DNA from: Epiperipatus broadwayi
Lineage: Eukaryota > Animalia > Onychophora
DNA: 64,000 nucleotides
Direction: 5' to 3'
Assembly (NCBI GenBank): GCA_028023455.1
Contig: JAQFVV010000002.1
Coordinates: 14,198,001 to 14,262,000, forward strand
Part shown: positions 49,424-63,200 of the stretch, piece after piece
Position numbering within the stretch: the stretch's first letter is position 1
How the letters are laid out: each line of letters opens with the position of its first letter
Made by a program: the position numbers and the translations under genes
The notes under the pieces: generated by a model
The model's database searches: none
What the model saw: the letters and a program-made list of their open reading frames with translations, nothing else
What the model was told of the DNA's origin: nothing

Positions 49424-52400
49424 ACTTATTTTAATTTCTGAAATAGACTTTTCTTTCTTAAAATCAATGTCAACTGATTAATTCTAGTTTTCCATTGCAT
49501 AATAACTTCAGCTATATTCTCTCAATGAAAGTGTAGAAATTGTTTTTGATTCAATCTTTATAACTCTTCTATGAAAACCACAAATTTATCATAACATTTT
49601 ATTTTTTTAGAATACCTATTAGATTTTTATTTCTTCATATCCCTTTTAATTGTAGTGATACTGAATTTTTTGAATATTAATCACTAAACTCAAGTTTTTA
49701 TAGATTATATTCAAAAGATTAACAATATTCCATAAAAAGCAATTTTTAATTGGCAAAAAGAAGAGAGAAGAGAGTGTATTACAAACTAAATAGACTTATT
49801 TTTAGCATATAGAATACACAGCCTTTAATGAACCCTTCAGGGTAATATTTTTTTAGTCAAGCCATTGCTTATTAATTATTCCTTGTTAATTCTCAGATCT
49901 GAAGCCATTCCTATTCCTCTATCTGTCAACAAAAAACTTCATTGATAGCCAGAGGTCAGTGCTCAACAAATATATTCTCTTCCTATGTAATATTTGTTAC
50001 ATATTAATTATATTTTTAAAATATATTTTATTGCTGATAGCATAAAAAATGTTAAAAGAAGCTTTTACCAAAAAATATTAAGAAATTTTGATTAGTATTT
50101 TGAAAATAATATGATAATGTTGTAATTCTGACAAATATATATATATATCTTTGGCCTTTTTTTACCTAGTCCAATACTATTACGATACATTGTTTTGTTT
50201 TGTTTTTGTATATACTTTAATTATGATAATTATTTTTCCAGTCACTTTGATTACATTTAAGCATATAAAGTGAGCACTTACTGATTTCAATCATTACAAG
50301 TATTACATTGTTTGAAGTATTGCTTTAATACTTTATATTGATTCAAAAGTGTATTCAGCTATTTTAGCTTAGATTCAAAATCTTCCAAGTGTAGAAAAGA
50401 AATTTTAACCTTTGGTTTGAAAATAGGATAAATGCTAATCATTGATAATTGGACATAAGTGTTGCAAGTTAATTAATTTTTATCAGAAGCAAGTCATTCT
50501 GCCAGAAACCTATTATAGAATTTTTGCGTTATTGCCATTTAATTAATACCAATTGATTTTATCATTGTTTACATTATGGTTTCTAGAGTTGCAAATGAGA
50601 TATCAATTGCTATTGTATAACTTCCTTTTTATTGATTATTTTACAAAAACTGACTCAAATATGATCTATACTCCATTTTATAAATTATTTGGCGTACAGT
50701 AGTCTGCTGCTTTTTATTACATTTGGTTTCAAGCTTTTACATAAAGATTTAATATTATTGATAATTACTAAATGCTGCTATTGATTTTGGAAAATCGGTT
50801 TGTTTGTTAGTTAACTTTTGATCTTTTTCAAATTAGAATGAAATTTTAAACTCGAGGTTTAATATATTTAAATTCAATAGAATTGCTTGAAAATTGAAAT
50901 ATAACTAAGTTATATCAGTCTACTCCATTTGAAACACTTAACTTTCCAGTATGTCAACTAGTTTGATAGATATGGAACAGAATGCAGGAAAATATGAAAA
51001 ATATTCAATAATTTCACATATTGCAGTTAACAATTATTATTAGCATTTTCCTTTGTTTTAAATAAGGTTCGTGAGAGGGCAATTATTTTTTTTTTTTTTT
51101 GTCAATTTAATAATTTTTTTTTTTTTTTTAGAAAACTCATTTAAAATGATTGCAAAAAGTTAAAAAGAAAACTCTGGATAATTTTTTAAAACGATGGTGA
51201 ATTTTCTTTTTTAGCAGTTTTTTTTTAAAACAACTTAAAATAGAAATAAAAAACCATAAAACAAATTTTAAATAGAAAACTTAATTACTAGTTTATTATA
51301 CATATATAATTATGTACACACACTAAGTTGTCTTGATTTTTCCATAAATTGAAAATCCTGGTATAATTATTACTTAAATGTAATATTATTTATTAACATT
51401 CTTTTGTTAAACAGATCCAATATTTACTTTTCTATCTTTAGTACTTTTTTATTACATCTAAGAGTTATATATTTATTTGACAGTAAAGTTAGCTTAATTT
51501 TGAATATCATTAGATTCTTATCTATGAAGTTTTACAAAAATAAAAATTAATAGTTTTTAATTTTTAACAAATTCTTATTTTTTTTTTATTCATTCTTCCG
51601 CCAATAATCATATGTTGCTATCTAATATATACTATTATATCAGCTTAATACTCATGTTTGAAATCTCTATCAGTTAATTTTTGAATTTCTTCTGAGAATT
51701 TTTTGTTGAATATCACTTTTGGCTCAAATTTCATGTGTCCTTTTGAATAAATAATCACATGATTATTATTACCATGTTGTTCATCTAAGGCATTTATTAT
51801 TTAATTCAGTCAATCTGAAATACTTTACAATTTCAAGTACTATTTTTTTTTTTTTTGTCATTAAATATATAAACTTTCATTTTATTTCTATTTTGTTTTT
51901 CTCTCTTTTTGCAATGAATTTCTAAATAAACATTGATATACTATATGATTCCATCTTAATATCTTCTCCTTTTTTTTTGATTATATTTTTTGAGATTATA
52001 TTGCCAGATTAAAAATTTGGATTTTGTTTTTTATTTATTAGAAATATGTTTGAAGAAAACTGAAATGAAAAATGGTTCATAAAATAAACCAAGATTTGAA
52101 AGGAAAAAGTTTGTTAAATGAATTTGATTTTTAAATGTTGGAAATACCAATGAAGAGTAAGCTAGTCTAGACTCAGTGGAAATAAAATATATGTGAAAAG
52201 AAAAACATGCCCATAGTATTGAAAAAAATCGCACATTATTATCTTTAAAACAATAATTAAATTGTCATTGATTAATAATTTAATCATAAATTGAAAGTAA
52301 AATTTTATAATATAATAAATAGTGTAACTAATATATACTTCTAAAATGTTTAATTGCAGCTTCTATTAAAATAAATATTAGTTTTTCCTACATTGTTAAA

Positions 52401-52716
52401 GCATTCTTCAGTAAAACAATATTGATGTTATAAGATTCTCTTGATAATTTTCTATATTTTATTATACATGTAAAGTTATTGTTTAAAACAGAAAATATAT
52501 TTAGAATAATTATAAAACTATAAAATTTTAATATGTAATATTAAAAATAAAAGTGCAATTCTCAGGAGTCATTTTTTTTTTTTCAAATATCTTTATTCAT
52601 ATGTTTCAAGAATATATGGAGTGGAAGTTTTTTAGTTTATCTCAAAAGATACATAATATAAATAATATAATCACTATTATTATAAAAAAAATATTTACTT
52701 TTATATTTATATTTAT

Positions 52717-53305
52717 AAGTGAGTAGTCTATCCTCACACTTTCACTTACAGTACTTAAGATTTGCCATATATAAGCATTTGGGTTGGATTGAATAAGTGA
52801 TTCATTTTATTCTTTCCTAAATACTATATCTTGGGTTGTAAGCGGAAATACTCATTTATTATTATTTAACACTCGTGAAAAAGCGCACAATAGCTTAAAT
52901 GGCTGATTAAATTTATTACAATTAGAAACAGCGCTAAAAATAAATGTTTATTTACACATGTTTAAGAGTTTCATTTGTGAACGACGTCTAGTAAATTCTA
53001 GATAATTTCATTGGCGTCGTTCATTCAGATATCGTAAACAGTGGTTTAAAGTGAGTAGTCTATCCTCACACTTTCACTTACAGTACTTAAGATTTGCCCA
53101 TATATAAGCATTTGGGTTGGATTGAATAAGTGATTCATTTTATTCTTTCCTAAATACTATATCTTGTGTTGTAAGCGGAAGTACTCATTTATTATTATTT
53201 AACACTCGTGAAAAAGCGCACAATAGCTTAAATGGCTGATTAAATTTCAGGATGCGTAAACAGGCGGTTTTCGGTCTCAAAGGGTTAAATGGCTGATTAA
53301 ATTTA
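52717..53305. repeat. Tandem duplication (period ~332 bp, ~200-bp near-identical core) ending in a piggyBac-like terminus
   Basis: AAGTGAGTAGTCTATCC... at 52717 and 53049; AAAGGG|TTAA at ~53279-53288 followed by a repeat of ATGGCTGATTAAATTT. Confidence 0.75.
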
Positions 53306-56300
53306 TTTATAAGGATTGTGTATCAATACTAATTTTTTGAAAAGTAGCTATAATAATATAACTTATGTAGTTGCAGCATTTATTATATCATGAAAACACT
53401 ATTGTTTTTATTTTTTTAATCTATGCCATAATATATTGTGTATATTTATAATAAATACATATTATATAGCATATTCCTGCAAATTTCTGAAATTAAATTA
53501 ACTCATAAGATCACTGATATATCTATCTTAATCATTTTTTATGAAAATAAATAGTGCATAAATTTTAATGCAGGTTTACATGTATCGCAATGTTTAAAAT
53601 TACACAATCATCCATTGAAATTGATGCTTCAAAATAGAAAATTTTGTAATTTAGTTGCTTGTCTATTTTCTAAATTCATTCAATCATTTCTTAATAAAGG
53701 AATTTTTTTTGATATCAAGTAAATTATATTGAATCAAACTATTTAACTTCATATATTGTATGTCTTAGAGAGTTATTAACCACCATATCAATAATTAGCT
53801 GTAAATTTATGTATATTAATTTTATGATTAATATATAACTTGTCAGATGCTTGATTATATCTATGTCAATATGTTTATTTTTAAAGGTTTGATCTTGATT
53901 TATACATGAATCAGAATCATGAGTTATGATCATGTTGTTCCACCATGTTACTATTTATATACATTTTTTTCCTTCAGACAGATGGTTAATGATTTGTTTT
54001 TACTAATTCAATAGATCATTGTATAATTATAGATGATCATAATTAAATCAATATATATTTATTTTTTTATAATTGTAATAGTCATTAGTCCATTTAAGCA
54101 GTTATGCAAACTCAAAAATTAAAATTTCTGAGGGAATTGATTTATTCTACTCAGCATAAATTGTAAAAGAAAATATCTTGATCTTTTACACTAAGAAGTG
54201 TAGAATACAAATTGTTGATTTTTCAATATAATTTAAATAAAAAGATTTTTAGCTAAAAAATGTGTAATTTAATATGTACATATAATCATCATCAGTCTTT
54301 GTAAGAATACTTTCATAATACAAACTTATCTTCTTCTTTTTTTAATGTTCATCCATCTTTTCTATAGTTTTTTTCCTCCCTCCAAAGTTTGAATGTATAG
54401 TGAGACTTCCAGTACAAAAACATTTATGAAGGAAATGCAGTGGTTATTTATTTAATCTTTCACTTTTGTTGGAAATGAAATTTTTTTATATGTAGGTAAA
54501 TATTGCTTGCTCATAAATATATGATTTAGAATATTTTTGTTGATAATTCATGAAATATATTTAGAAAATAATGCAAATTTTACATCTATATTGTTGCTGT
54601 AACAATGGTTATACTACAGTGCTGGGGGGGGGGGGGTTAATAAAAATACAAACTGCCATTTAGGTATACACTTGCCACTTGAGAAATAAAAATGTAAACT
54701 GCCTAAAGATTAAAAGAAAAATTAATTCATGCACATTATTAATATTATTAAATATTTGTGATATGTAAAAGAACAATAAATTACAATGTAAAGGAAGGAA
54801 GAAAGAATTGTATAGTTTTAAAAAAAAAAAAAAAACAAATTTTAATTTGAACCTGTTCCAGGTTGCCTTTACTGAACTGAGTTTTAAATTAAAATTTCTC
54901 ACATTTCTTACCAAAACTGGATGGCAAAGCTAAAAATAAGATTAAAATTTTAGAATTGATAACATTTTAGAAATTATAATTAAAAAATTATAAGTCTGCA
55001 GTGAATTTTTCTTTTTATGTTATTAAATGTAAATAAAGAAAGAGACAAACTATTTGTGTGTCTTCTTCTTTTAGTTATATAAAAAAACTTGATATAATGT
55101 ACTAAAATTTGTATCCATAACATGTTTTGGAGAGAGTTAAAGGAGGTGTTTTTCAAAAAATATATTGTTATAATGATGCAAATATATATTGCCTAGCATG
55201 TGAAGTACACGTTATTTGAAAATCATATTGTTTGAACAACATCGGTTTGTTATAAATAGGTCAGAAACAAGCAGCTAGGCATTATTTTTATTACTATCAT
55301 TCTAATTCTAGGAGCCCAGCAGATCATTTCATATTGCCTTGCATTAGAGTGCAGTCTAGTAAAAAATTGATCACTGATTAAAACTCCTTGTCCATTGTAA
55401 GCTGTATTTTACTGACTGTTCTTAAAATATTTTTCAAATACTCCTGTTACAACAATAAATTTATTTAGAAGAAATCCATGTACCATATGTGGCAGAAAAC
55501 CAAAAACCACACCAGTCAAAATGCCTGGAAAATGTAGTCAGATCCCAAAATTAGATCTGAAGTTTGAAAAACCAGCTCATGCAACGTTTCTATAATGCCA
55601 TGAAGGAAGAAATGGATATTGCCGTGTAAATAACTCAAGACATACATATATTATACTTCATAGAATGCCACTAATGCTGCTGAATTTACTTTCTTTAACA
55701 TCACCAGTGTTCAAGGGGATCATCATTGAAAATCTAAGGAAGATAACAGTAAAATATTAAAAGAACGTTATCTGAAAAACCATGGTTAATTAATGACTGT
55801 TGTCCTATTTAACATGGTAAAAATCTTTAAAATACCATAAAGTCTTGCCTTAAACTTGAATCATAACTTAAACTTAAAATATCTTTGTTACTATAATATT
55901 TTTGGGTATGAGTTGATGGTTGCGTGACTATGTACGCAAGTTTTATTTATTCATTATTAATAAAATGTAAATATTTTTATTTATTAATCCATTTAGTTTG
56001 TGTTTGTAATTCAATTCAAATATATGTTTTTTACACTTGTATTCTAGTTAATATCCACACCTCTCAAAAATCATGTAATTCACTGGGGGATATGTTGGGA
56101 TGGCAATAATAATATGATCATTTCTTTAAAAACCTTTCCAAAAATAAACCTTTTTTTTAGGAAGTTTGGCATCTTTGAGTTTCTTTTTATTGAAACTGAA
56201 AAATTAAATACTTTTGGGAGTATTTGTATTTTTAAATTATAAGTCATCATTATCACATTGATTAATATTATTATATATTTGAATTAAAATTTTTATTTGA

Positions 56301-56783
56301 ATTTTATTAACCATTCAACTTATTTGAACCAAAGTTACAGTACATATCTTGAAGATCTCATTTTATATGTGTGTGTATATTTTTGTTGGTTATAGTATCC
56401 AGGTTAAAATTCATTTTTATCTAAATATAAAACCCGTACAGTAGAAATTTTTATCGTTACCATATATATGAAAACATTAGTGATAAGAAAAATTATATTT
56501 ATAAAGGTTTAAAATTAGAATGTTTTTAAAGATATATATATATTTTGAAGACATACTCAATGCTATAGCTTTCTATCTAAAAAAAATTAAATCAGTTTCT
56601 AAGATAAATAACTGTGATTATGTAGTTGTGTGGTTTATATCGAAATTATTAATTTTTTAAAATCAAAGTACAGTATTCAAAATTTGATATTAAGTTAAAA
56701 TTATTTCATTTTATTTACACATATTTTGTTTTGTTTTTTTCTTAACAAAGTTTTACTTAAATATGTTTTTTTTTTTTTTTTAG

Positions 56784-58693
56784 GGATACATTTACAGAAG
56801 ATATTCTTCTTGATTTACTTGATTTACCCAATAACAATGCTCAGAGTAATACCTCTTCAGGAATCAAGTTACGCACTTCAGCTAATAATATGAAGTCTCC
56901 TCCCAGCAACATCACAAGCCCAAAGAGAGGCGGTCCTAATAATGGTGGCCACAAAAGAGAGGATGGCTGGAAAGAAGTTGTTAGGAGGTCAAAAAAAGTA
57001 TTGGTGCCCGCATCAGCTATCAGTCGAGTAATTGGACGTGGTGGTAGTAATATTAATACAATTAGGGAAGTTTCTGGGGCCCATATTGAAGTGGAGAAGC
57101 AAAAGGGGACTGGAGATCGCACTGTAACTATTAAAGGTTCTGCTGATGCAACAAGGCAGGCTCATCAGTTAATAAGTGCTTTAATTAAAGATGTTAATCA
57201 GGATTTAACTGAATTAATTCCAAAAAATGACCTTCTGAAAATAAATTCATCTACATCAGCTTTAAACTTGTCACATTCTCCAAGGTCTTCTAAATCTAGC
57301 AAAAATAATATTTCACAACCCATTGTTTCTAGTTCCTTGCAGACTTCTAGGATCACTAGTTTGACTGAATCATTTCCTATAGTTACTCAGACATGGTCAT
57401 CTAGTATTGTTAATAGTACAGCATCACCTATAAAAATTCTACCACGATCTTCTGTTTCTGCTTCAATTGTAAATGGCACATCAGGAATTTCTTCAGGGCG
57501 GCAGTTATCACCATCAGAAAATAAAGTTAATTTGCAAACAACTACTAATTTGCCTAAATCTTCAGTAATTTATACATCTGCTACTCAAAATCCACCACAG
57601 TTAAAAATAGCAAATAATAATACCACCTTTGCTTCAAAAATTATTGAAAACAAAATAGCTCCTCCTAATTCTCCAAAGAAAGTGAGTGCATCATCCACAA
57701 ACATAATTTCAAGATCAGTTATGAATTCTGTTCCAAGAACAACTTCTCCTCAAGTATCAAAACTGCCCTCACAGCTTTGTGTTGTAGGTCCATCAGTGCC
57801 ATTGCCATTAAAAGTTAATTTACAAACAAATGTGCAGAATCCTATTTGTATCACAAATACATTACAAAATCAACAAAGAAAGTGTTTCTCTGCTCCACCT
57901 ACAGGAACACGCCCTGAATATTCTCCTTTTAATAATTTGTTTAGTGAAGTTGCTCAACAGTCAGTGTGGGGGCAGAAAGATAAATCAAAAGAAGAAAGTG
58001 AAAATCGTATGAATTTTGCTTCTGTTGCAGCCACAGGTGTTTCTGTGTTGTCAACATCAGTTACAGGAAATATAAAGCCTCTAGAACCTACACCTCCACT
58101 TCCTCCACCTGAACCTGAAACTGATATTTCAGCTAAAGCACCTGGTTATCGAGGTAATAGTCATATTTCTCCTGTAGGTACTAGTTCTCAGTCTTCTATG
58201 ACCATTCAAAAATGTAGTCCTCTACAGTTCAATACTTCTGCTATGGGTTTGCCATCAAATGTTCCCTCATCTTCAGTTGTTTCTTTGCAAAGTTCTCTTA
58301 ACCCCAATGCACCAGACTTTACTAGTCGATCAAATTTTTTGCCCCCATCTCAAGCTCCAATTTTTAATCATTCTATATCACTGAATGAAAATCAATCTGC
58401 ATTTAGGCCAATGTATGAACCACATCCCAATCTTATGAAACATGTACCTCAGCCATCCTCTCAGCAGAATCCCTTATCTTTTTCTTCTCAGCAACCTAAT
58501 CCAGCAGTATCAGAATTCAATACAAACATTGGAATGTTGGTAAATAATAGTGGAAATTTTACTCCCGGAAATTCCAGCAATGTAAATATAGGAGGAATAT
58601 CAAATATTAATCCCAGAAGGTTTTCACCTCTTTCAGTTCATCCTGCACCAAGGTCAACCAATACAACGCCATCTGTTGGTGCTTCATCAAAAG
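56784..58693 (+). CDS. ANKHD1: Large coding exon of mask/ANKHD1/ANKRD17: KH domain and low-complexity C-terminal region
   Basis: TSPKRG...KREDGWKEVVRRSKKVLVPASAISRVIGRGGSNINTIREVSGAHIEVEKQK...TIKGSADATRQAHQLISALIKD is the diagnostic MASK-family KH with intact GxxG. Poly-T AG acceptor at 56782-56783; AAG|GTATTT donor at 58694. Confidence 0.93.
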
Positions 58694-60289
58694 GTATTTA
58701 CTTGCATAAATATGAAATTGCGTTTTGCATATCTTTGTTTATATCTTTATATAAATAATTAGAAATGCAATAATGAAAGCCATTGAAAAATAAATCTCAG
58801 CAGCTGCACCCCCCCATCTCACCTCACATACTTTTTTCATTTTAGTTTTTTATCCATATAGTTCACATATGCTTATTTATTATAATAATATGTAAAACAA
58901 TTGAATGATCAAGGCAATAAATGTAAATATATACTGGTATTAAAGCTAGCACCTGAAGTGACATTGAGCTTTTGATTTTGCAAGAATCTTTAGTTCTCAA
59001 GTTTGTCATTATCACTGTAAATTTTATTAATATTATTTTTCAGGAATCATTTATCAAAAAAAGTTTTCAATAGTCAGAAAAAGTTGTAACTAAACAATTT
59101 ATAAAAATAATATTTGTAGCAATTAAATAATTTTTTTTGGGTGTGTATGCATATGTATTCTCAGCAGACTAGATAACTACATATGAATAAGTTATTGATA
59201 GAAATGCTGACTTTATACTTTTTTAAAACATGTAACATGTTTTTTTCAATTTAGGCTTTGTTTAATTAAATGTAAATAATTTTTAATCGATAAGATTTTT
59301 ATTTGTGCATATGAAAAATATTTATATGGATTTTTATTAGTTATTTGTAAAAAAAAATATGGCAGAGGAATTTATTAATTATTTAAATATAGCATTTTAT
59401 ATATAATAATGGTAGGATGAAATTATTTGAAAGTGAAAAGGGCAAAAAAAAAAGTCTGATTCATCAGTTTTTATAATTAAGATCTTAAATATACAACATG
59501 TACGGTTAAATGTGTGTGTTTATAATATAGATTGATCATTTGCACAAAGAACTGCTTATGCTCTACATAAGAACACCATAAGAATTATATTCTTAGTAAA
59601 CAGTTGTCATATATATATATATTGATATTTTTAAAGATTTACTTGACATATTAGCTTGGGAAATTTGTGGTTTATATTCATATCTCTTGTTTTGTAATCC
59701 TGCTGTATATCCATGGGTATATTGCAGCTAGGTAAGCATTAATATTAAATAAAATAATACTAAGACAAAACTTTAAAACTCAACAGCCGGTTTATTTACT
59801 TGTACTAAAATAATAATGAATATTACTTTACTCATGGGAATAAATTATCTTCACAGATTACCAATGTATATGGTCCATAAATCTTGAGTTTCCATTAACT
59901 TGTATTTTACACATAAATTATAATAACTTCCTAGATGAAATATTAACATAAATTTTAATCAGTTTTTAATTTAGGCTATCATATTTACTTACCTCTGCAT
60001 TTTAAGTCTATATACATGGTCCTAAACTTAGTCCATGCTTCTTGCTAGAACTTCATTCTTACTTAACTTACAGTCTATTGATTGTTTTTAGTTAATTTAC
60101 ATAATAGAATTAATTAGCATATGTCAACATATATTATTCACTTTTTTATACTGTATGATAATTTTCTAAAGTACTTATTTTAACTGAGGAAATAATAATT
60201 TGTCTGTCTGTACACAATTACCATTTATGAATAAACTTTATTTACAATAATTAACATATATATATATATATATGCATACAGTCCACACC

Positions 60290-63200
60290 ATCCCTCTTGA
60301 AAATAATCCTTCAATCTTTCCGGCCTTCTGTGATTTCTCACACTTCTAGCTAGAGATGGCGGTCTCTCTTCATCATGATCAGCAATTTTATCTGCTTGAT
60401 CTGATGATCTTCATCTGTTTAAGTATTTACTGCATCAGTTTGTCTAACAAAGAGCTTTCCACATTTTGAGATATTAACACAATTCACTTTCACTAGGTGC
60501 CAATTTCGTAATGGTTAGTGTAATTTTGCCGTTTCCTACAATTGATGTATCACACAAATGTAAATGATTGACATGTCTCCTTATCTATAGTCCATTTTTT
60601 AACTATATTGCTCTAATTACTTCAGATACTACTTCAACTATAACACCAGGGATCCATTTCCTTTTAACAATATCTCTGACACACACAATCATCATTTTGA
60701 AAATTTTCCAAAGTCAGGATAAACTTGCTCACTGACTTTGGATTTCTCACTAACTGAATTATTTTTACCTATTATTTTCTTAGCTGGTAATAACTTAGTC
60801 AAGCAGCAGTTTTGCTGTAATAACTTCTGAAGTTTTCAAAGTTGCTGCAGTCGGGGTGAAATGTTGGTAAAACATAGATTCTACCAAGCCTCTTTTGTAT
60901 CTTTTGTTGGAGTTTTCTTAAGAATTGATTTTAGATATTGCACAACTTTCTCAGCTAATTTGTATGTTAGGATGCAATCAAAACATGGCATATTCCCCTG
61001 CCAAATATTTTTTAAACTCTGAGATAAATTCAATTCCATTATTGGATACCAGAGTTTCTGGATACCCTTGCCTAGCAAAAACTTTTTAGAGGGGCCTAAT
61101 TCTGAATTCCATGGTAGTATTTGTTACGATCTTGTACTGAACCCAACTAAAATAATAATCCGCAACAATTAGGAGCAGATATCCATTTATTGGCGTGGTC
61201 TACATGAATGCTTTGCCATGGGGTTTTTTTTTTTGAGTCTCCTTACAATTGAAAGATCTTTTTAGGCAAATTTACTATAGACTGGGATTCAGGGCAGTTT
61301 TTTTTCTGTCATATCTCACCTAATATATGTTCACAACAAAGCTTTGATGCATACTCGATATCAATTGAAGCACCTGTCTATGACCCTCAGTCGATATGAG
61401 CACATGGTCAGAAATCAGAATGCATTTATTGCACATAGATAAACATTGACAGACATTCCATTTTGGCTTAGCAGTATCATTTGACCGATTTTTTGGCCAT
61501 CCCTGTTGAATCCAATTTTTTAATTCTTTGTAGCTGTGGTCCTGATTAGTCTACCAACTTTAGCACTGTTAGATTTTTTTGACTTTATTATATCAAAAAA
61601 TTTTGTAAATTTTTGCTGCACTTAAAACATGATAAAACATTATGCCCAATCTTTTTATCAGGCTTGTAAATTAATTTTATAATCATAGACAGCTAATATA
61701 TTAATCCATTGTTATTAATATCTGGCTGGCATGTTCAGGAGTTTTCTTTATTTGCACTGAACATCTCTTAAGTGATGGGTGATGATTTTTTTTACAATAA
61801 AAATTTTTGCTCCTATATAAATTGATGGCATTTTTTAACTGCAAAACAATAGCCAAGGCTTCTTTACCGAACTGATTGTGGGTTTTTCAACAGACGTCAA
61901 GGTCCTTTAGGCAAATGCTATTGGACATTAGCCTTCAAAGCAGTGGTGAGAAATGACAGTTCCAACTCTGAATTCCGAAGCATCGGTTATTATAATGACT
62001 TCCAGGTAGCTACAGTAATGTATCAGGAGTTGATTAGACAGTAACAAATTCATTGCTTTTTGAAAAGCTAAATAGTTTTTTTATTTCCTTTCCCCAATAG
62101 TTCCTATAAAAGTGTTAGAAAGTGTGATTTTCTTTTTAGAAAACTTTCATAAAAATTCAGTAATCCTTAAAGGGCTTATAAATCCTTTACATTTCTAGGT
62201 TTTACCATATATTTTATAGCTCTCACTTTTTTTGTTTTCCCTTTTTAATAATAATGTGACCAAAAACTTGATCTCTGAGGTAGCCCATATACATTTTACA
62301 GATTCAGCTTAGCACCAACTTTATCTAATTTTGAACACTTCCATAACATGCCTTTCCAGTTCATGGTCAGTTTGGGCAGTTATAAATATATCATTCAGAT
62401 ATGGGCTAGCTCCTTCCATGCCTTGGAAAACATCTATTTTAGTTTGCAAGGTATTGGGAGCAATGGTATTTCAATATGATAACTTATTACCCTTAAAAAA
62501 AATCCCACATGAATACTAAAGGATAGCAACTTTGCTGTTCTCTCCATGTAAAGTATCTGATGGAAATTGTCACTTTCTATAGTGTGGCTAGATTTCACAC
62601 AGGATCTTCGCAAAAACAAATAGTCCCATCCACCTTCATTATCACTATCCCCGAAGTCACTCACAATCAGTCTTCTATTGGAGGTAACACCTCTTTTGAA
62701 ACAATATTCATAATCGTCTTCTCAACTTCTGGTTTCATAAGGTATGGAACCTTACATGGTTTAAATACAATAAGTTGGACATTTCTCATTAACTCTATGT
62801 CCACTGGCAGCGGCCTCAATTTCATTAATTTTGATTTAAATTGCTGGGGAAAGTTTTCTATCTTCAGCTGCAGTTGTACTTTCTTAATTATCTTAAGGCA
62901 TATCCTTAATGGTCAAAAACAGTTTCTGCCTAGTCTATAAATAAGGGTTGCAATTTAATTCTGGCATTGAACTTTACTGGTACCATTACTTTATCTCATA
63001 TGGCTACTTGGTTGCCTTTTATAACCATGGTTGGTGCATATGTATTTTCCAAGGTTCACTGGGTTTTATTCCATTAATAATATTCCAGTCTTTTAGTAAT
63101 AATATTGATAATCCTGTACTGCTGTCAACTACCATATTTTTTTTCCCCACAGATGATCGTGTCTAGCTTAATACATCCATTATCAATGTCATTTATTTTT

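Noticed and set aside
55470-55650. Cys-containing stretch (CTICGRK) as a zinc-finger exon
   Set aside because: Short, interrupted by a stop, no convincing splice pair, and exons 47013 and 56784 already join in phase.
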